64,000 nt of DNA from Candidatus Saccharimonadota bacterium (GCA_009777795.1 WRLC01000001.1:61509-125508), one strand, 5' to 3'. Positions 18,310-27,968 are shown, counted from the first letter of the stretch. Numbers and translations: made by a program. The notes: generated by a model from the sequence alone, not told the origin.

Positions 18310-19031
18310 AAGACGAGATTACAGAACGCCAAAGGGCGATTTTGTTTGCGGTGATTGAGCAGTATGCGGAAGTGGCGGTGCCGGTGGGGAGCGTGATGCT
18401 GGCGAAATTATTTGATGTGAGTAGTGCGACGGTGCGGGCGGAGATGGCGCGGCTAGAGGAGTTGGGGCTGCTGAAGACGTTGCATACGTCGTCGGGGCGG
18501 ATTCCGACGGACGCGGGGTATCGGTTATATGTCAATGCGTTGGCGGAAGATGCGGCGGAGGGGGAGCTGGAGCGGGATTTGGCGCGGGCGCGACACGCGT
18601 TGATTTCGCGGGTGGAGGGGCAGAATAAGGCGGATGCGGCGATTCGACAGGCGGTGGAGACGTTGGTCGATTTGACGGGCAATTTGGGGTTGGCGACGAT
18701 TGATGGGCGGCTTTATATGGCGGGGTTGTCGTCGCTGTTTTCGCAGCCGGAGTTTTTGACGAGTGAGCGGACTTTGAGTGTGGCGCGGTTGCTGGATAAC
18801 ATCGAGCCGTGGCTACGCGAGGCGGAGCCGAACGAGCCGGTGAATATTTATATCGGGCGGGAGAATCCGATTGGTCGCACGAGTGAGGCGTCGTTGATCG
18901 TGTCGCGGTTTCGGTCGCCGTTTTCGGACAAGACGTACATCGGGGTGCTGGGGCCGACGCGGCAGAGTTATTCGCGGGTGATATATTTGGTGCAAACAGC
19001 TGGCCAAATGTTAGAAAAGGTATTAAATTAG
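18306..19031 (+). CDS. hrcA: Heat-inducible transcription repressor HrcA (short form)
   Basis: ERQRAIL..VPVGSVMLAKLFDVSSATVRAEMARLEELGLL..LHTSSGRIPTDAGYRLYV matches the HrcA winged-helix N-terminus. 241 aa is shorter than usual. Confidence 0.75.
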   Translation: MKDEITERQRAILFAVIEQYAEVAVPVGSVMLAKLFDVSSATVRAEMARLEELGLLKTLHTSSGRIPTDAGYRLYVNALAEDAAEGELERDLARARHALISRVEGQNKADAAIRQAVETLVDLTGNLGLATIDGRLYMAGLSSLFSQPEFLTSERTLSVARLLDNIEPWLREAEPNEPVNIYIGRENPIGRTSEASLIVSRFRSPFSDKTYIGVLGPTRQSYSRVIYLVQTAGQMLEKVLN

Positions 19032-19038
19032 GAGGATT

Positions 19039-19386
19039 ATGAAGACACAAGTGAAAATGGTTTGTAAGAAAGTGCGGAAGAACGGCTTTTTTGAGTTTAT
19101 GAGCGAGCAGGGGATAATCGGCTTGGCGGTTGGTTTGGTTTTAGGTACGGCGGCGGCGACGTTGGCGAATTCGTTTATTAATAATATTGTGATGCCGCCG
19201 GTCGGTTTGTTGCTGGGTTCAACGGACGGGCTGCGCGGGGTGGTGTGGGAGATTTCGACGCGGCAGGGCGATGTGGTGTCGATTCAGTACGGGGCATTCT
19301 TGAATGATTTAGTTAACTTTATGGTGATTTTGCTGGTGATTTATGTAATTGTGCGGTCGCTACATATTGAAGTGAAGAAGAGATAG
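19039..19386 (+). CDS. mscL: Large-conductance mechanosensitive channel
   Basis: AGGAGG SD. FFEFMSEQGIIGLAVGLVLGTAAATLANSFINNIVMPPVGLLLG matches the MscL TM1 and periplasmic loop. Confidence 0.8.
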   Translation: MKTQVKMVCKKVRKNGFFEFMSEQGIIGLAVGLVLGTAAATLANSFINNIVMPPVGLLLGSTDGLRGVVWEISTRQGDVVSIQYGAFLNDLVNFMVILLVIYVIVRSLHIEVKKR

Positions 19387-19447
19387 GTTTATAATATTAA
19401 TATAGGACGGTGGGAGGACTTTCAAATCTTCTAAAGGAGGTAATGCG

Positions 19448-20056
19448 ATGGAGGCTAATTTTATGTATTGCACGTTCAAGGGGCGTAAGTCGGTGTGTCC
19501 GATTCTGCTTAGCAAGGAGCAGGCGTTGGAGGGCATCCGCAGGTTGGCGCGACAGATTGCGGCTGATTATGCGAGGGCAGCAATACACCTAGTAATTGCT
19601 TTGAAGGGCGCAAAGACGACAGCCGGTTATTTGGCGAAGGAGCTGGATGAGCTGGGGATGACTTTTCAGGTGGACGGAGTGCGGGTCAAGAGCTATGCGG
19701 GCACGGAAAGTACGGGTAAGTTAAATTGGCTGCAGGAGTTGGCAGAGCCGGATTTGGCAGGGAAACATGTTTTGGTGGTGGAGGACATTATCGACAGCGG
19801 GTATACTTTGTCGGAGTTGCTGAAGGTGCTGAAGTTTCGTTATGGGAAGCCGGCGAGTATCAGGACAGTGGCTTTGCTGGATAAACCATCGCGCCGCCGG
19901 CCAGAGCTGAAGGGATTCAAAGCCGATTATACAGGTTTTGAAATTCAAGATGTGTTTGTGGTCGGTTTTGGCTTGGATTGGGACGAGGAAGGCCGCGAAC
20001 TACCAAATATTGTTTACATTAATCCGGAAGATTTCATAAATCCGTCAACTAATTAG
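19448..20056 (+). CDS. hpt: Hypoxanthine(-guanine) phosphoribosyltransferase
   Basis: AGGAGG SD. PRPP-binding loop VLVVEDIIDSGYTL and the FVVGFGLDW...R.LP motif. Confidence 0.8.
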   Translation: MEANFMYCTFKGRKSVCPILLSKEQALEGIRRLARQIAADYARAAIHLVIALKGAKTTAGYLAKELDELGMTFQVDGVRVKSYAGTESTGKLNWLQELAEPDLAGKHVLVVEDIIDSGYTLSELLKVLKFRYGKPASIRTVALLDKPSRRRPELKGFKADYTGFEIQDVFVVGFGLDWDEEGRELPNIVYINPEDFINPSTN

Positions 20057-20066
20057 TTGGCGGATT

Positions 20067-20142
20067 TGGGGTGGATGACGGGATTTGAACCCGCGACAGC
20101 TGGAACCACAACCCAGAGCTCTACCGCTGAGCTACATCCACC
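20067..20142 (-). tRNA. tRNA-His (GTG) with encoded G-1 and CCA
   Basis: Reverse complement reads G-GTGGATGTAGCTCAGCGGTAGAGCTCTGGGTTGTGGTTCCAGCTGTCGCGGGTTCAAATCCCGTCATCCAC-C-CCA. Anticodon loop is TTGTGGT. Confidence 0.9.
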
Positions 20143-20231
20143 AAGTCTGGTAGAAATTTATTTTGTAAATTTCTTCCACACGTCGTCGGTCTGTAAAAGT
20201 GAGCAAGCTCCCTTTTCCATCCCTCCTAGTA

Positions 20232-20306
20232 TGGTGATCCCACCGGGAATCGAACCCGGGTTTTCAGGATGAGAACCTGATGTCCTAACCGCTAGACGAT
20301 GGGACC
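20232..20306 (-). tRNA. tRNA-Glu (CTC), CCA encoded
   Basis: Reverse complement reads GGTCCCATCGTCTAGCGGTTAGGACATCAGGTTCTCATCCTGAAAACCCGGGTTCGATTCCCGGTGGGATCACCA. Confidence 0.9.
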
Positions 20307-20324
20307 GTGTTATTAATGTGGTAC

Positions 20325-20399
20325 TGGTGATCCCACCGGGAGTCGAACCCGGGTTGCCAGGATGAAAACCTGGTGTCCTAACCGCTAGACGATGGGACC
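20325..20399 (-). tRNA. tRNA-Glu (TTC), CCA encoded
   Basis: Reverse complement reads GGTCCCATCGTCTAGCGGTTAGGACACCAGGTTTTCATCCTGGCAACCCGGGTTCGACTCCCGGTGGGATCACCA. It differs from the adjacent Glu-CTC gene at 5 positions. Confidence 0.9.
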
Positions 20400-20449
20400 G
20401 TGTTGCAAGTATAGCATACAAAGGGGATTTTTGCAAGCTAGAGGTGGGC

Positions 20450-21448
20450 TTAGTAGGTGGAGAAAAATTGCGACCAGTAGGTGCGATATTGCGAGTTGAT
20501 GTCGAAGTGGAAGCCGACGGCGAGGCGGGTAAAGCGGGCGTCGAGGATGTTGGCGCGGTGCGAGGGGGAGTTCATCCACGAGGCAACGACGGTGCGGGGG
20601 GAGACGGCGGTGTTGCCGGCGGCGAGGTTCTCGCCAGCGGCGCCGCCAGAGCCGGGGATAGGGCAGGCGGTTTGCCAAGAGGTGCCATTAGGGCGGGTGT
20701 GGCTGTAGGATTCGACGATTTCGCGGGCGCGAGTTGTAGCGGCGTTGCTGCAGCCTTCGCCCCAAGCGAGAGATTTGAGTCCGACTTTGGCGCGCTCAAC
20801 GTTGACGAGGCGGAGGACTTCGCGGCGCCATTCGTCGATTGGTGGCATGACGACGCGGACGGTTAGGGTGTCGCGGCGGGAGCCGTCGGTGGTGCCGGCG
20901 GTGATGACGGTGGTGCCGGGGCCGACGATTTTGGGGTAGCGGCAGCGGTCGTTGCTGTAGCCAAGTCGGGTGCGGGCGTTAGCATAGAAGCTGTCGATGA
21001 CGCTGGTGTTGCTGGTTTGCCAGTACATGTCGCCGAGGTTGGAGAGGGAGCTGTCGACGCAGATGTCGATGTCGGCGGTCATGAAAATGGTGATTTCGTT
21101 CATAGCCCAGAGCTCGCCGCGGGCGACACCGCCACCGCTGGTTTCCTCGCCAGCGGGGTCAGCGCCGTTGCCGCCGCTGGGACTTTGGGGATTGTTGGGG
21201 TTGCTTCCGCCACCGGAGGAGCCGCCTTGGCCGTTGTGTTCGCCGCTTTCGGGGTCAAGGAGGTCAGGGCTGTAGCCGCCGTCATTGGCTGTGGTGTCGT
21301 CGCGTTCGCTGACGACGCGGAATTCTGGATTCATACCGATGGCGCGGGCAATCAAAATGCCGGCGATGATAATCGCGACGGCGTTAAGCGAGAGGAGGAT
21401 GGTCATGCGAGTTTGCTTGAGGATTTTGGCGGCGGCCGCGGCGCTCAT
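20450..21448 (-). CDS. Membrane-anchored CAP/SCP (YkwD-like) domain protein
   Basis: N-terminal TM helix and a Gly/Ser/Asn/Pro low-complexity linker. The C-terminal CAP domain reads LVNVERAKVGLKSLAW...HTRPNG...GENLAAG...ASWMNSPSHRANILDARFTRLAVG. Confidence 0.75.
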   Translation of the reverse strand: MSAAAAAKILKQTRMTILLSLNAVAIIIAGILIARAIGMNPEFRVVSERDDTTANDGGYSPDLLDPESGEHNGQGGSSGGGSNPNNPQSPSGGNGADPAGEETSGGGVARGELWAMNEITIFMTADIDICVDSSLSNLGDMYWQTSNTSVIDSFYANARTRLGYSNDRCRYPKIVGPGTTVITAGTTDGSRRDTLTVRVVMPPIDEWRREVLRLVNVERAKVGLKSLAWGEGCSNAATTRAREIVESYSHTRPNGTSWQTACPIPGSGGAAGENLAAGNTAVSPRTVVASWMNSPSHRANILDARFTRLAVGFHFDINSQYRTYWSQFFSTY

Positions 21449-22909
21449 CTAGCCTCCTGAGATCTTCTTGGCTTCACTTTCGGGGACACCGCAGACTTTT
21501 TGGCCGTTGACGTTGATACAAACTTTTTTCTCGCCGGAGTCGACGATGGCGGCGACGAGGTTGACGATACTCTCGACTTGGGTGAGGTCGCGTTGGGCGA
21601 ACTCGATTTCGCCGAGTGGCCGACCAATTAGGATGTGGCCGAAGACTTGGCCGCGGGCGTTTCGCATCTGGGCGACGGCGGCGAGGTTGGAGCGCTCGAA
21701 GACGGGCTTCAAGGCGTCGTCGACGTAGAGCCAGATGTAGTTGGTGGAGTGTTTCATTTTGGAGATGAGGACGAGCTCGTTATCGGCGAGGTCGATTTTT
21801 TCCGAGCCCCAGAGGCGGCCGTCGATGAGGAAGCCGACGTAGTCAAAGTGCATGCGGTCGGCGAGGAATTCGGCGAGGTTCTTGAGGTCGACTTTTTGCC
21901 CGGCGAGGCGGTTGATGCGTTTGATAATATAAACCATGTCGACGCTGCGGACGAAAATCATCGATTTGATGGCGGCGCCGACTTCGCTGATGACGGGCAG
22001 GAGGAGGAGGACGATGGCGACCATGACGACGTTAAGGGCGAGGACGCTCATGGATGGGTTAGGGATTTTGAAGAGAGCGGTGAAGACGACGAAGAAGAGG
22101 ACCATATAGGCCATGGTGGCGAGGATGAAAATCATGGCGTAGGAGACGATGGCGAGCCAGTTGGAGCGGAGGATGAGGAGGCGGTAGCGGAGGAGGGAGA
22201 AGTAGACGGTGAGCAGAACGATACCCATGGAGAGTGGCCCGACCCATGAGAGGCTGTAGTCGTGGGCGAAGACGGGGAGAATCATGGCAAAGACGGAAAC
22301 GATAATGCCGTTGACGAGCCAGCCGACGAAAGAAACGGTGAGGCCGTTCTTAAGATTTTTGTTAGCAGCCCTTTTGATTTGGAAGGCGAGAGCGATGAGG
22401 TAGGCCGTGATGGATGCGCCGATAAAGCCAAAGTAGGCGTAGACGAACCAAGAGTCGGCGTTGGTGAGGTTATTGTTAGTAGAGGCGCTTAGAGTCATGT
22501 TAGAGTAGAGGAGTGATGGCTCGAGGTTGAACTTGATGGCGAAGGCAGTGGCGATGGCTAGGACGAGGAGAGAGGCGACTTTGCCGGCGCGGTTAACCCA
22601 GCAGTTGTAGCCGAAGACGCCGGCGGTGATAATGAGGGCGGCGGTGTAGGTGATGTGGATGTAGAGGTCGGCGATGGCTTCCTCGCCCGGTCGGGCCATG
22701 AAGAAGAGCGACATGGTAGTGCACCAAGTGGTGATACCGATGCCGGCGAGCAAGAACCATAAGGCGCGCGTCCGCTCACTGCGACCGACACCAAGAACCA
22801 CGACGACGCCTGACATCAAGGCCATTGCGGCGACAAGGAACATTAGAATATTGACTAACTGCATACGTACCAACCTCCGTTTAGTATAATTATATATTAG
22901 CACAGGCAA
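21449..22909 (-). CDS. Polytopic membrane protein (about 9-10 TM) with C-terminal soluble domain, possible sensor
   Basis: GGAGG SD. Hydrophobic helices cover the first ~300 aa, followed by a ~170-aa soluble tail. Abuts the CAP-domain gene, so an operon is likely. Confidence 0.55.
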   Translation of the reverse strand: MPVLIYNYTKRRLVRMQLVNILMFLVAAMALMSGVVVVLGVGRSERTRALWFLLAGIGITTWCTTMSLFFMARPGEEAIADLYIHITYTAALIITAGVFGYNCWVNRAGKVASLLVLAIATAFAIKFNLEPSLLYSNMTLSASTNNNLTNADSWFVYAYFGFIGASITAYLIALAFQIKRAANKNLKNGLTVSFVGWLVNGIIVSVFAMILPVFAHDYSLSWVGPLSMGIVLLTVYFSLLRYRLLILRSNWLAIVSYAMIFILATMAYMVLFFVVFTALFKIPNPSMSVLALNVVMVAIVLLLLPVISEVGAAIKSMIFVRSVDMVYIIKRINRLAGQKVDLKNLAEFLADRMHFDYVGFLIDGRLWGSEKIDLADNELVLISKMKHSTNYIWLYVDDALKPVFERSNLAAVAQMRNARGQVFGHILIGRPLGEIEFAQRDLTQVESIVNLVAAIVDSGEKKVCINVNGQKVCGVPESEAKKISGG

Positions 22910-22915
22910 TTTGCA

Positions 22916-22955
22916 AGCCCCCGATCACACGAATAATGTGGTTGCGGGGGCTTTT
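22916..22955 (-). terminator. GC hairpin between AMP-ligase gene and downstream membrane-protein gene
   Basis: AGCCCCCG (22916-22923) pairs with CGGGGGCT (22945-22952). The T-run is on the + side only, so function on the minus strand is uncertain. Confidence 0.25.
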
Positions 22956-22982
22956 GGAGGAACATAGTGGGTAATCTTGCCG

Positions 22983-24707
22983 TTAGTGAAAGGAATTTTG
23001 GCTGTTGACCCCGTAGCCGTCAAGGTCGTCGGGTAGGTCGCTGATGCGGCGTTTGCCGGTCTCGGTGTCAATCTCGAAGCTGGCACGGAACTTGATGTCT
23101 TTGGGGCGCAGAACCTCGGGTAAGGACTGACAGGCGGCCATAATGGCATCGTAGGCTTCGACTTGATCGGCGCCTTTCTTGAGTACCACTTGGCCAACCA
23201 CGGTGTGCTGACTGAGGTTAAGTCTGACTGGTTGCGCTTCGGTCACGTCGGGGCATTCGCAGAGTGCGTCGCGGAGCGGGTACATAAAATAGCGCTCATC
23301 GTCGATAACAAAGCTGTTGCCGAAGCGGTCGGGGATGCGATAGAGGTTGCTGCCGGTGCAGTCTTTGCCTACCTCGCGCATCAAATCGTGCGGGGTGTAG
23401 TAGCCGTCGTCGGCGTAGGTCTCGTCGTCGAGGTCGGGGCGATTGAGATAGCCCAAGAAAGCGTAAGGGCCGCGCTCCATTTCGAGCTGGCCGAGCTGGC
23501 CGTACTCGACGGGGCCGCCGTCTTCGTCAGCGATGCGGAAGCAGAAGTCGCCAAGCGGGACTAAATCGAGCAAGCCGGTGTTAGGCTGACAGCTGGAAAC
23601 GAAAATCTGGGGCAGACCCTCACTTGAGCCATAGCCGAGGACGAAGCGAGTACCGAAATATTCCGCGATGGCTTCAAGCCGAGGAGCGGTGCTTTCGGGA
23701 ACGGGCGAGCCGCCGATTTGGAAGTAGGCGATGTGCGAGAGCGCGCCGCGCTCTAGCCCGCAATCTTGTAGGGCAAAGGCGAACTCGGGGGCGACGACTA
23801 GGCCGGAGCCTTGCCGCAGGTTCAGAATATCCTTCAGGAAGCTCTCAACACCGTAAGCGGGCTGCATATAGAGGCAGCGCCCGGATAAGAGTTGGGACTG
23901 GACAGCGTACTTGCGGGACGTCTCGTGGTGGCCGGGGATGGTGACGTAGTAGTCAGAATCGGCCGGCATGTTGGAAAGCACGGGATGAGGCAGGAACGAG
24001 TTGTAGGCATAGGCGGCGCGGCCATGGGGTATCATGACACCCTTGGGTTTGCCGGTAGTGCCGGATGTGAAGGCGACTGACGAAACGTTGGTGCTCGAGT
24101 TAATCGAACTGCCTTTGCCGTCGTCGTACTGCAGGATGTCGCTGGTGGTGAGGACGCGCTTGTCGGGGAAGAGGCTGGCGAAAGCTGAAGCGTCCTTGTG
24201 CTGGGCTGGGGTGTAGTCGGCCGGTGATGTGATGATGACGAACCGGACACCGGAGCGGTTGATTTGCTCAAGTAAAGCTGCCGCCGCGGGCGTCTTGAGT
24301 GCGATGTCGGGCATGAGCAGAATCTTGGCGTTGCCAGCGTCAACCAACTCGGCGCCGCGCTTAGCAAGTTGCATGTGCGTGACGGTGAAGTCGGTGAGAC
24401 CAATCTTGGAGCAAGCCAGCTCTTGGGCAAAGACGGTGCTCGGGACGTAGACAGGGAAGCCGGACATTAGCTTAGGGTCATCAACCCTCCCAACGAGGGG
24501 CAGATTGATGTGCTCGACCCAGAAGTTGCTAAGCGCATTGGCCCAGCGCTTACCCATGGTCTTGGTTTCGGCGAAGTTGAACTCGACACCTGCCGCCGGG
24601 AACTTAATGGCTGGTAGGTCGGCGTAGGATTCGGTCATTTCGTCGAAGAGGTCGAAGAACGGTAAGCCCATTTTCGCCTCGGGGATGGGGGTTCTGGTAG
24701 TTTGCAT
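22983..24707 (-). CDS. AMP-dependent synthetase/ligase (adenylate-forming enzyme)
   Basis: AMP-binding motif AFTSGTTGKPKGVMIPH and GYGSSEG core motif. AGGAGG SD. Substrate unknown. Confidence 0.8.
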   Translation of the reverse strand: MQTTRTPIPEAKMGLPFFDLFDEMTESYADLPAIKFPAAGVEFNFAETKTMGKRWANALSNFWVEHINLPLVGRVDDPKLMSGFPVYVPSTVFAQELACSKIGLTDFTVTHMQLAKRGAELVDAGNAKILLMPDIALKTPAAAALLEQINRSGVRFVIITSPADYTPAQHKDASAFASLFPDKRVLTTSDILQYDDGKGSSINSSTNVSSVAFTSGTTGKPKGVMIPHGRAAYAYNSFLPHPVLSNMPADSDYYVTIPGHHETSRKYAVQSQLLSGRCLYMQPAYGVESFLKDILNLRQGSGLVVAPEFAFALQDCGLERGALSHIAYFQIGGSPVPESTAPRLEAIAEYFGTRFVLGYGSSEGLPQIFVSSCQPNTGLLDLVPLGDFCFRIADEDGGPVEYGQLGQLEMERGPYAFLGYLNRPDLDDETYADDGYYTPHDLMREVGKDCTGSNLYRIPDRFGNSFVIDDERYFMYPLRDALCECPDVTEAQPVRLNLSQHTVVGQVVLKKGADQVEAYDAIMAACQSLPEVLRPKDIKFRASFEIDTETGKRRISDLPDDLDGYGVNSQNSFH

Positions 24708-24786
24708 ACATTTTCCTCCTTTTTATTAAGGTTTACTGAGATAAAGGGGCGTTTTCTCGCCCCACCGTACCGCAGTAGTATAGCAC

Positions 24787-24815
24787 TTGACAGTAGAAAA
24801 TGCAAGATGTATAGT
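24787..24815 (+). promoter_or_regulatory. Consensus-like sigma70 promoter for the fibro-slime gene
   Basis: TTGACA (24787-24792), 17 nt, TATAGT (24810-24815). An AGGAAG SD precedes ATG 24846. Confidence 0.5.
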
Positions 24816-24845
24816 ATATATAGATAAGCATAATTAGGAAGAAAT

Positions 24846-26522
24846 ATGGCGAAGATGACGAAAAAAGAGAAGGAATTCCGGCATAAGGTGCAGGTGGTTT
24901 CGCGGGTCGTGATGCTAATCTCGTTTGGGTTGCTGGTGTTGTTTGCGATTACGCAAACGGCGCGAATGCTAACGACGGTGGAGCTGGAGCATGAGCACGG
25001 TGTGCCGAAGGGCTGGGCGCGTCTGCTGTCGGACTCGAATCCGGAGACTATCACGGTGCCGATAACTTATTACGATCAGAGGTCGGATGCTTGTAATTTG
25101 CCAGCGTCGCAGCGACAATTTGAGTACACGAGGTGTAATATTACGGGTGTGATGGTGCAGGGGCTGGTGCAGGACAGGCTAGGGGCGGACGGTAAGCCAG
25201 TGCCGACTTTTGCGACGGCGGCGCAGGCGGCAGGCCAGCGGCCAGAGAATCGTGGCGTTTGGGGAGATAATTTCAACCGTTGGTTTAATGAAGTGGCGGG
25301 CAAAAGTGAGCGGGTGGATAGGACAATCACTTTCAATCGCGTAGGCGACTCGAATACCTATACTTACGGTGGCGGGCAGGTCTTTCCATTAAACGGCTAT
25401 CCGTTTTCGGATGGCGATTATACGACGACGCCGGGGTTGAACTTCCACTTTACGGCGATGACGTCATTCCCATTTGAGGTGCAGCTGTCGGGCAATGAGC
25501 GCTGGGAATTCGAGGGCGACGACGACGTGTGGGTATTTATCAACAACCAGTTAGTGCTGGACATCGGCGGGTTGCATACGGCGATTCAGGGACATTTTGT
25601 GATAAATCAGGATGGGTCGGTAACGGCGACGGTGAATGGCCAGAGCCGGCAAGTGGATCTAGGGCTAAAAGAGGGTGAGATAGCGCACTTGAGCTTCTTT
25701 TACGCGGAGCGGAGCACGTCGCACGCGAATTGTTTGATTACGATTCGGGACATGGTCTGGCCAATCCGGGCTGATGCGACGATTGAGGCCGAGACGGTGG
25801 AAAATAAATTGATTCGCTACACGTCAAGCATTACGAACCGCGACCCGGCGAATGCGCTGGATATAACCCATATTGCTTCATTTATCAACGTGGGCGAGGA
25901 ATTTGATGAGGATGGTCTAGGCTTCTTGCCGCTAGAGAGTGGCAATCTGTATTATACGTTTACGCCGGACGATGAAAATTCGTGGAGCCCGATGGTGATA
26001 AATGTGCCGCATTCGTCGAACAATGGGTCGCGCTTGGGGGCGCCGGTGCGCTTGGCGCCGAATGGGAAAAAGGGCGATACAGCGTATTTCTCATACTATG
26101 TGGCGCCGGACCGAAAAGAGGGGTCATACTACAATACAATTACCTATAAGACGAGCATGAATGGGGCGGAGAGCTTGGCGCGGGCGGCGGACTTTGCGGG
26201 GTTTGAAGATATGGTTGTAATCCCGCCGACCGATAACCCGGGTGGGGATGATGTGCCGACACCGCCAACTGACGAGGATGGGACGGTAAGTGTGGACACG
26301 CCACGCCCAGATGATGGTGATGCTGGCTACTTGGACCCGTTGGGTGAGTCGAGTGAGGTCAACGCGAAGAATGCGCAGAACAGCCACCCGGGCGGTTTGT
26401 TTGCACCGGATGCGGGAATTGCATCAGTGGCGGCAATCGTTTTGTCGCAGTGGTTTTTGCTGGGCACATTGCTAATCTTTGGTGCGTCATTTGCGATATA
26501 CTATCCTAACAGGAATTATTGA
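24846..26522 (+). CDS. Secreted PA14/fibro-slime domain protein with C-terminal membrane anchor
   Basis: N-terminal signal-anchor. FNFHFTAMTSFPFEV...WEFEGDDDVWVFINNQLVLDIGGLH matches the fibro-slime/PA14 core. C-terminal hydrophobic helix FLLGTLLIFGASFAIYY. Confidence 0.7.
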   Translation: MAKMTKKEKEFRHKVQVVSRVVMLISFGLLVLFAITQTARMLTTVELEHEHGVPKGWARLLSDSNPETITVPITYYDQRSDACNLPASQRQFEYTRCNITGVMVQGLVQDRLGADGKPVPTFATAAQAAGQRPENRGVWGDNFNRWFNEVAGKSERVDRTITFNRVGDSNTYTYGGGQVFPLNGYPFSDGDYTTTPGLNFHFTAMTSFPFEVQLSGNERWEFEGDDDVWVFINNQLVLDIGGLHTAIQGHFVINQDGSVTATVNGQSRQVDLGLKEGEIAHLSFFYAERSTSHANCLITIRDMVWPIRADATIEAETVENKLIRYTSSITNRDPANALDITHIASFINVGEEFDEDGLGFLPLESGNLYYTFTPDDENSWSPMVINVPHSSNNGSRLGAPVRLAPNGKKGDTAYFSYYVAPDRKEGSYYNTITYKTSMNGAESLARAADFAGFEDMVVIPPTDNPGGDDVPTPPTDEDGTVSVDTPRPDDGDAGYLDPLGESSEVNAKNAQNSHPGGLFAPDAGIASVAAIVLSQWFLLGTLLIFGASFAIYYPNRNY

Positions 26523-27214
26523 TGGATAGGATTTGGTGGATTAAGGAGTGGTTGCGGAAAGGCTCAATCAATATTTTCGGTGTGCCGTTTGCGGGCAAGG
26601 ATACGGTGGGGCGACAGGTGGCGCAGGTGCTGGAAGCGAAGTTTGTGAGCAGTGGGGAGATTTTGCGGGAGTATGAGCGGACGAACCCGGGGAGCGATTT
26701 GACGCGAGCGGGGCGGTGGACGCCGACAGAATCGTTTAAGCGGATTGTTTTGCCGCACTTGGGCGACCCGAGGTATGAGGACGAGGCGCTGATTTTGGGC
26801 GGGATTGGCCGCTGGGATGGCGAGGAAGAATATGTCGAGGAGGCATTGCAGGAAGCCGGGCACCCGTTGCAGGCGGTGATACTTTTAAACTTGTCGGAAC
26901 AGGAAATCCGCAATCGCTGGGAAGTGGCGCAGGTGGGCGGCGACCAAATCGAGACGGCGGCGCAGGGTGTACAGGGCGGACTGAATGCGGCGGCGGTGGA
27001 GTTGAAGCGCGAGGTGCGGGTGGACGACGAAGACTGGCGCAAAGTTGAGAGTCGGATAGACGAGTTTCGGAATAAGACTTGGCCGATAATTGATTATTAC
27101 CGGGCAATGGGGATGCTGATAACGGTGAATGGCCGGCAGACACGGGAGAAAGTGTTGCTGGAGACGGTGAATAAACTATACGATTATGCGGTGCTGCATC
27201 CGCATGAGTTCTAG
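26519..27214 (+). CDS. Adenylate-kinase-like nucleoside monophosphate kinase (divergent P-loop)
   Basis: FGVPFAGKDT (variant of GxPGxGKGT), SSGEILRE, GGIGRWDGE, and a LID-like R..VDDED...R..EFR segment. Overall Adk architecture. Confidence 0.5.
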   Translation: MMDRIWWIKEWLRKGSINIFGVPFAGKDTVGRQVAQVLEAKFVSSGEILREYERTNPGSDLTRAGRWTPTESFKRIVLPHLGDPRYEDEALILGGIGRWDGEEEYVEEALQEAGHPLQAVILLNLSEQEIRNRWEVAQVGGDQIETAAQGVQGGLNAAAVELKREVRVDDEDWRKVESRIDEFRNKTWPIIDYYRAMGMLITVNGRQTREKVLLETVNKLYDYAVLHPHEF

Positions 27215-27228
27215 GTAGGCGACGCCTG

Positions 27229-27237
27229 TGGTATAAT
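27229..27237 (+). promoter_or_regulatory. Extended -10 promoter element
   Basis: TGgTATAAT ends 8 nt before ATG 27246. No SD. Confidence 0.4.
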
Positions 27238-27245
27238 AGGGCATA

Positions 27246-27968
27246 ATGCGTGTTTCGGTGATTGGGCTGGGAGCAGTGGTGGCGGTGGCGGGCTTTTTGG
27301 CGGTGTCAGAAGTTTTAGCGACGGGTGAGGCGGAGGAAGTGGAGCGGCGGACGGTGGTGATATACGACGGCGGGCAGAAGCGGGTAGTGAAGACGGATGC
27401 GCGGACGGTGGGTGAGTTGCTGGAGAGGATTGATACGAGCCTAGCGATTGGTGATAAGGTGGCGCCGGAGGAAGATGTGGCGATTGATAGTAATACATAT
27501 TATGTGAATATTTTCCGGGCGACGCCTTACCGGATTTTAGAGTGGGCGGATGCGCGGACGGCGCGGTTATATGGCGAGGGCGACGGGCCGATTAGCCCGC
27601 ATTTGTATGATGTGGTGCAGGGCGAGGAGGAAGAGGCGTCGGCGGGTCAGAGCCCGGATATGACGAAGCGGCCGCCGACAATAAACTTGACGCCACTAAA
27701 AATCCAATGGATGAGTGCGGCCGGGATTCCGGAGGCGGACTGGGCGTATGTGGATCATATTGTGTTTCGGGAGAGCTCATGGAACCCGAATGCGGTAAAT
27801 CGGTCGAGTGGGGCGTGCGGTTTGGCGCAGGCGTTTCCGTGTTCGAAAGTGCCGGGCAATCCGTTTGACCCGGTGGATAGTTTGAAGTGGCAATATGGTT
27901 ATGTGAAGGCGCGTTATGGTGGATATGCGGGGGCGTATGCTTTTTGGCAGCGGAACCGCTGGTATTAA
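27246..27968 (+). CDS. Secreted DUF348-like plus Apf/transglycosylase-like cell-wall protein
   Basis: Signal-anchor and a DUF348-like module (VVIYDGGQKRVVKTDARTVGELL). The C-terminal FRESSWNPNAVNRSSGACGLAQ...YGGYAGAYAFWQRNRWY resembles aggregation-promoting-factor/SLT-like domains. Confidence 0.55.
   Translation: MRVSVIGLGAVVAVAGFLAVSEVLATGEAEEVERRTVVIYDGGQKRVVKTDARTVGELLERIDTSLAIGDKVAPEEDVAIDSNTYYVNIFRATPYRILEWADARTARLYGEGDGPISPHLYDVVQGEEEEASAGQSPDMTKRPPTINLTPLKIQWMSAAGIPEADWAYVDHIVFRESSWNPNAVNRSSGACGLAQAFPCSKVPGNPFDPVDSLKWQYGYVKARYGGYAGAYAFWQRNRWY

Noticed and set aside
20057-20436. ORFs 20057..20272 (+) and 20158..20436 (-).
   Set aside because: They are translations across the tRNA-His, tRNA-Glu and tRNA-Glu genes.
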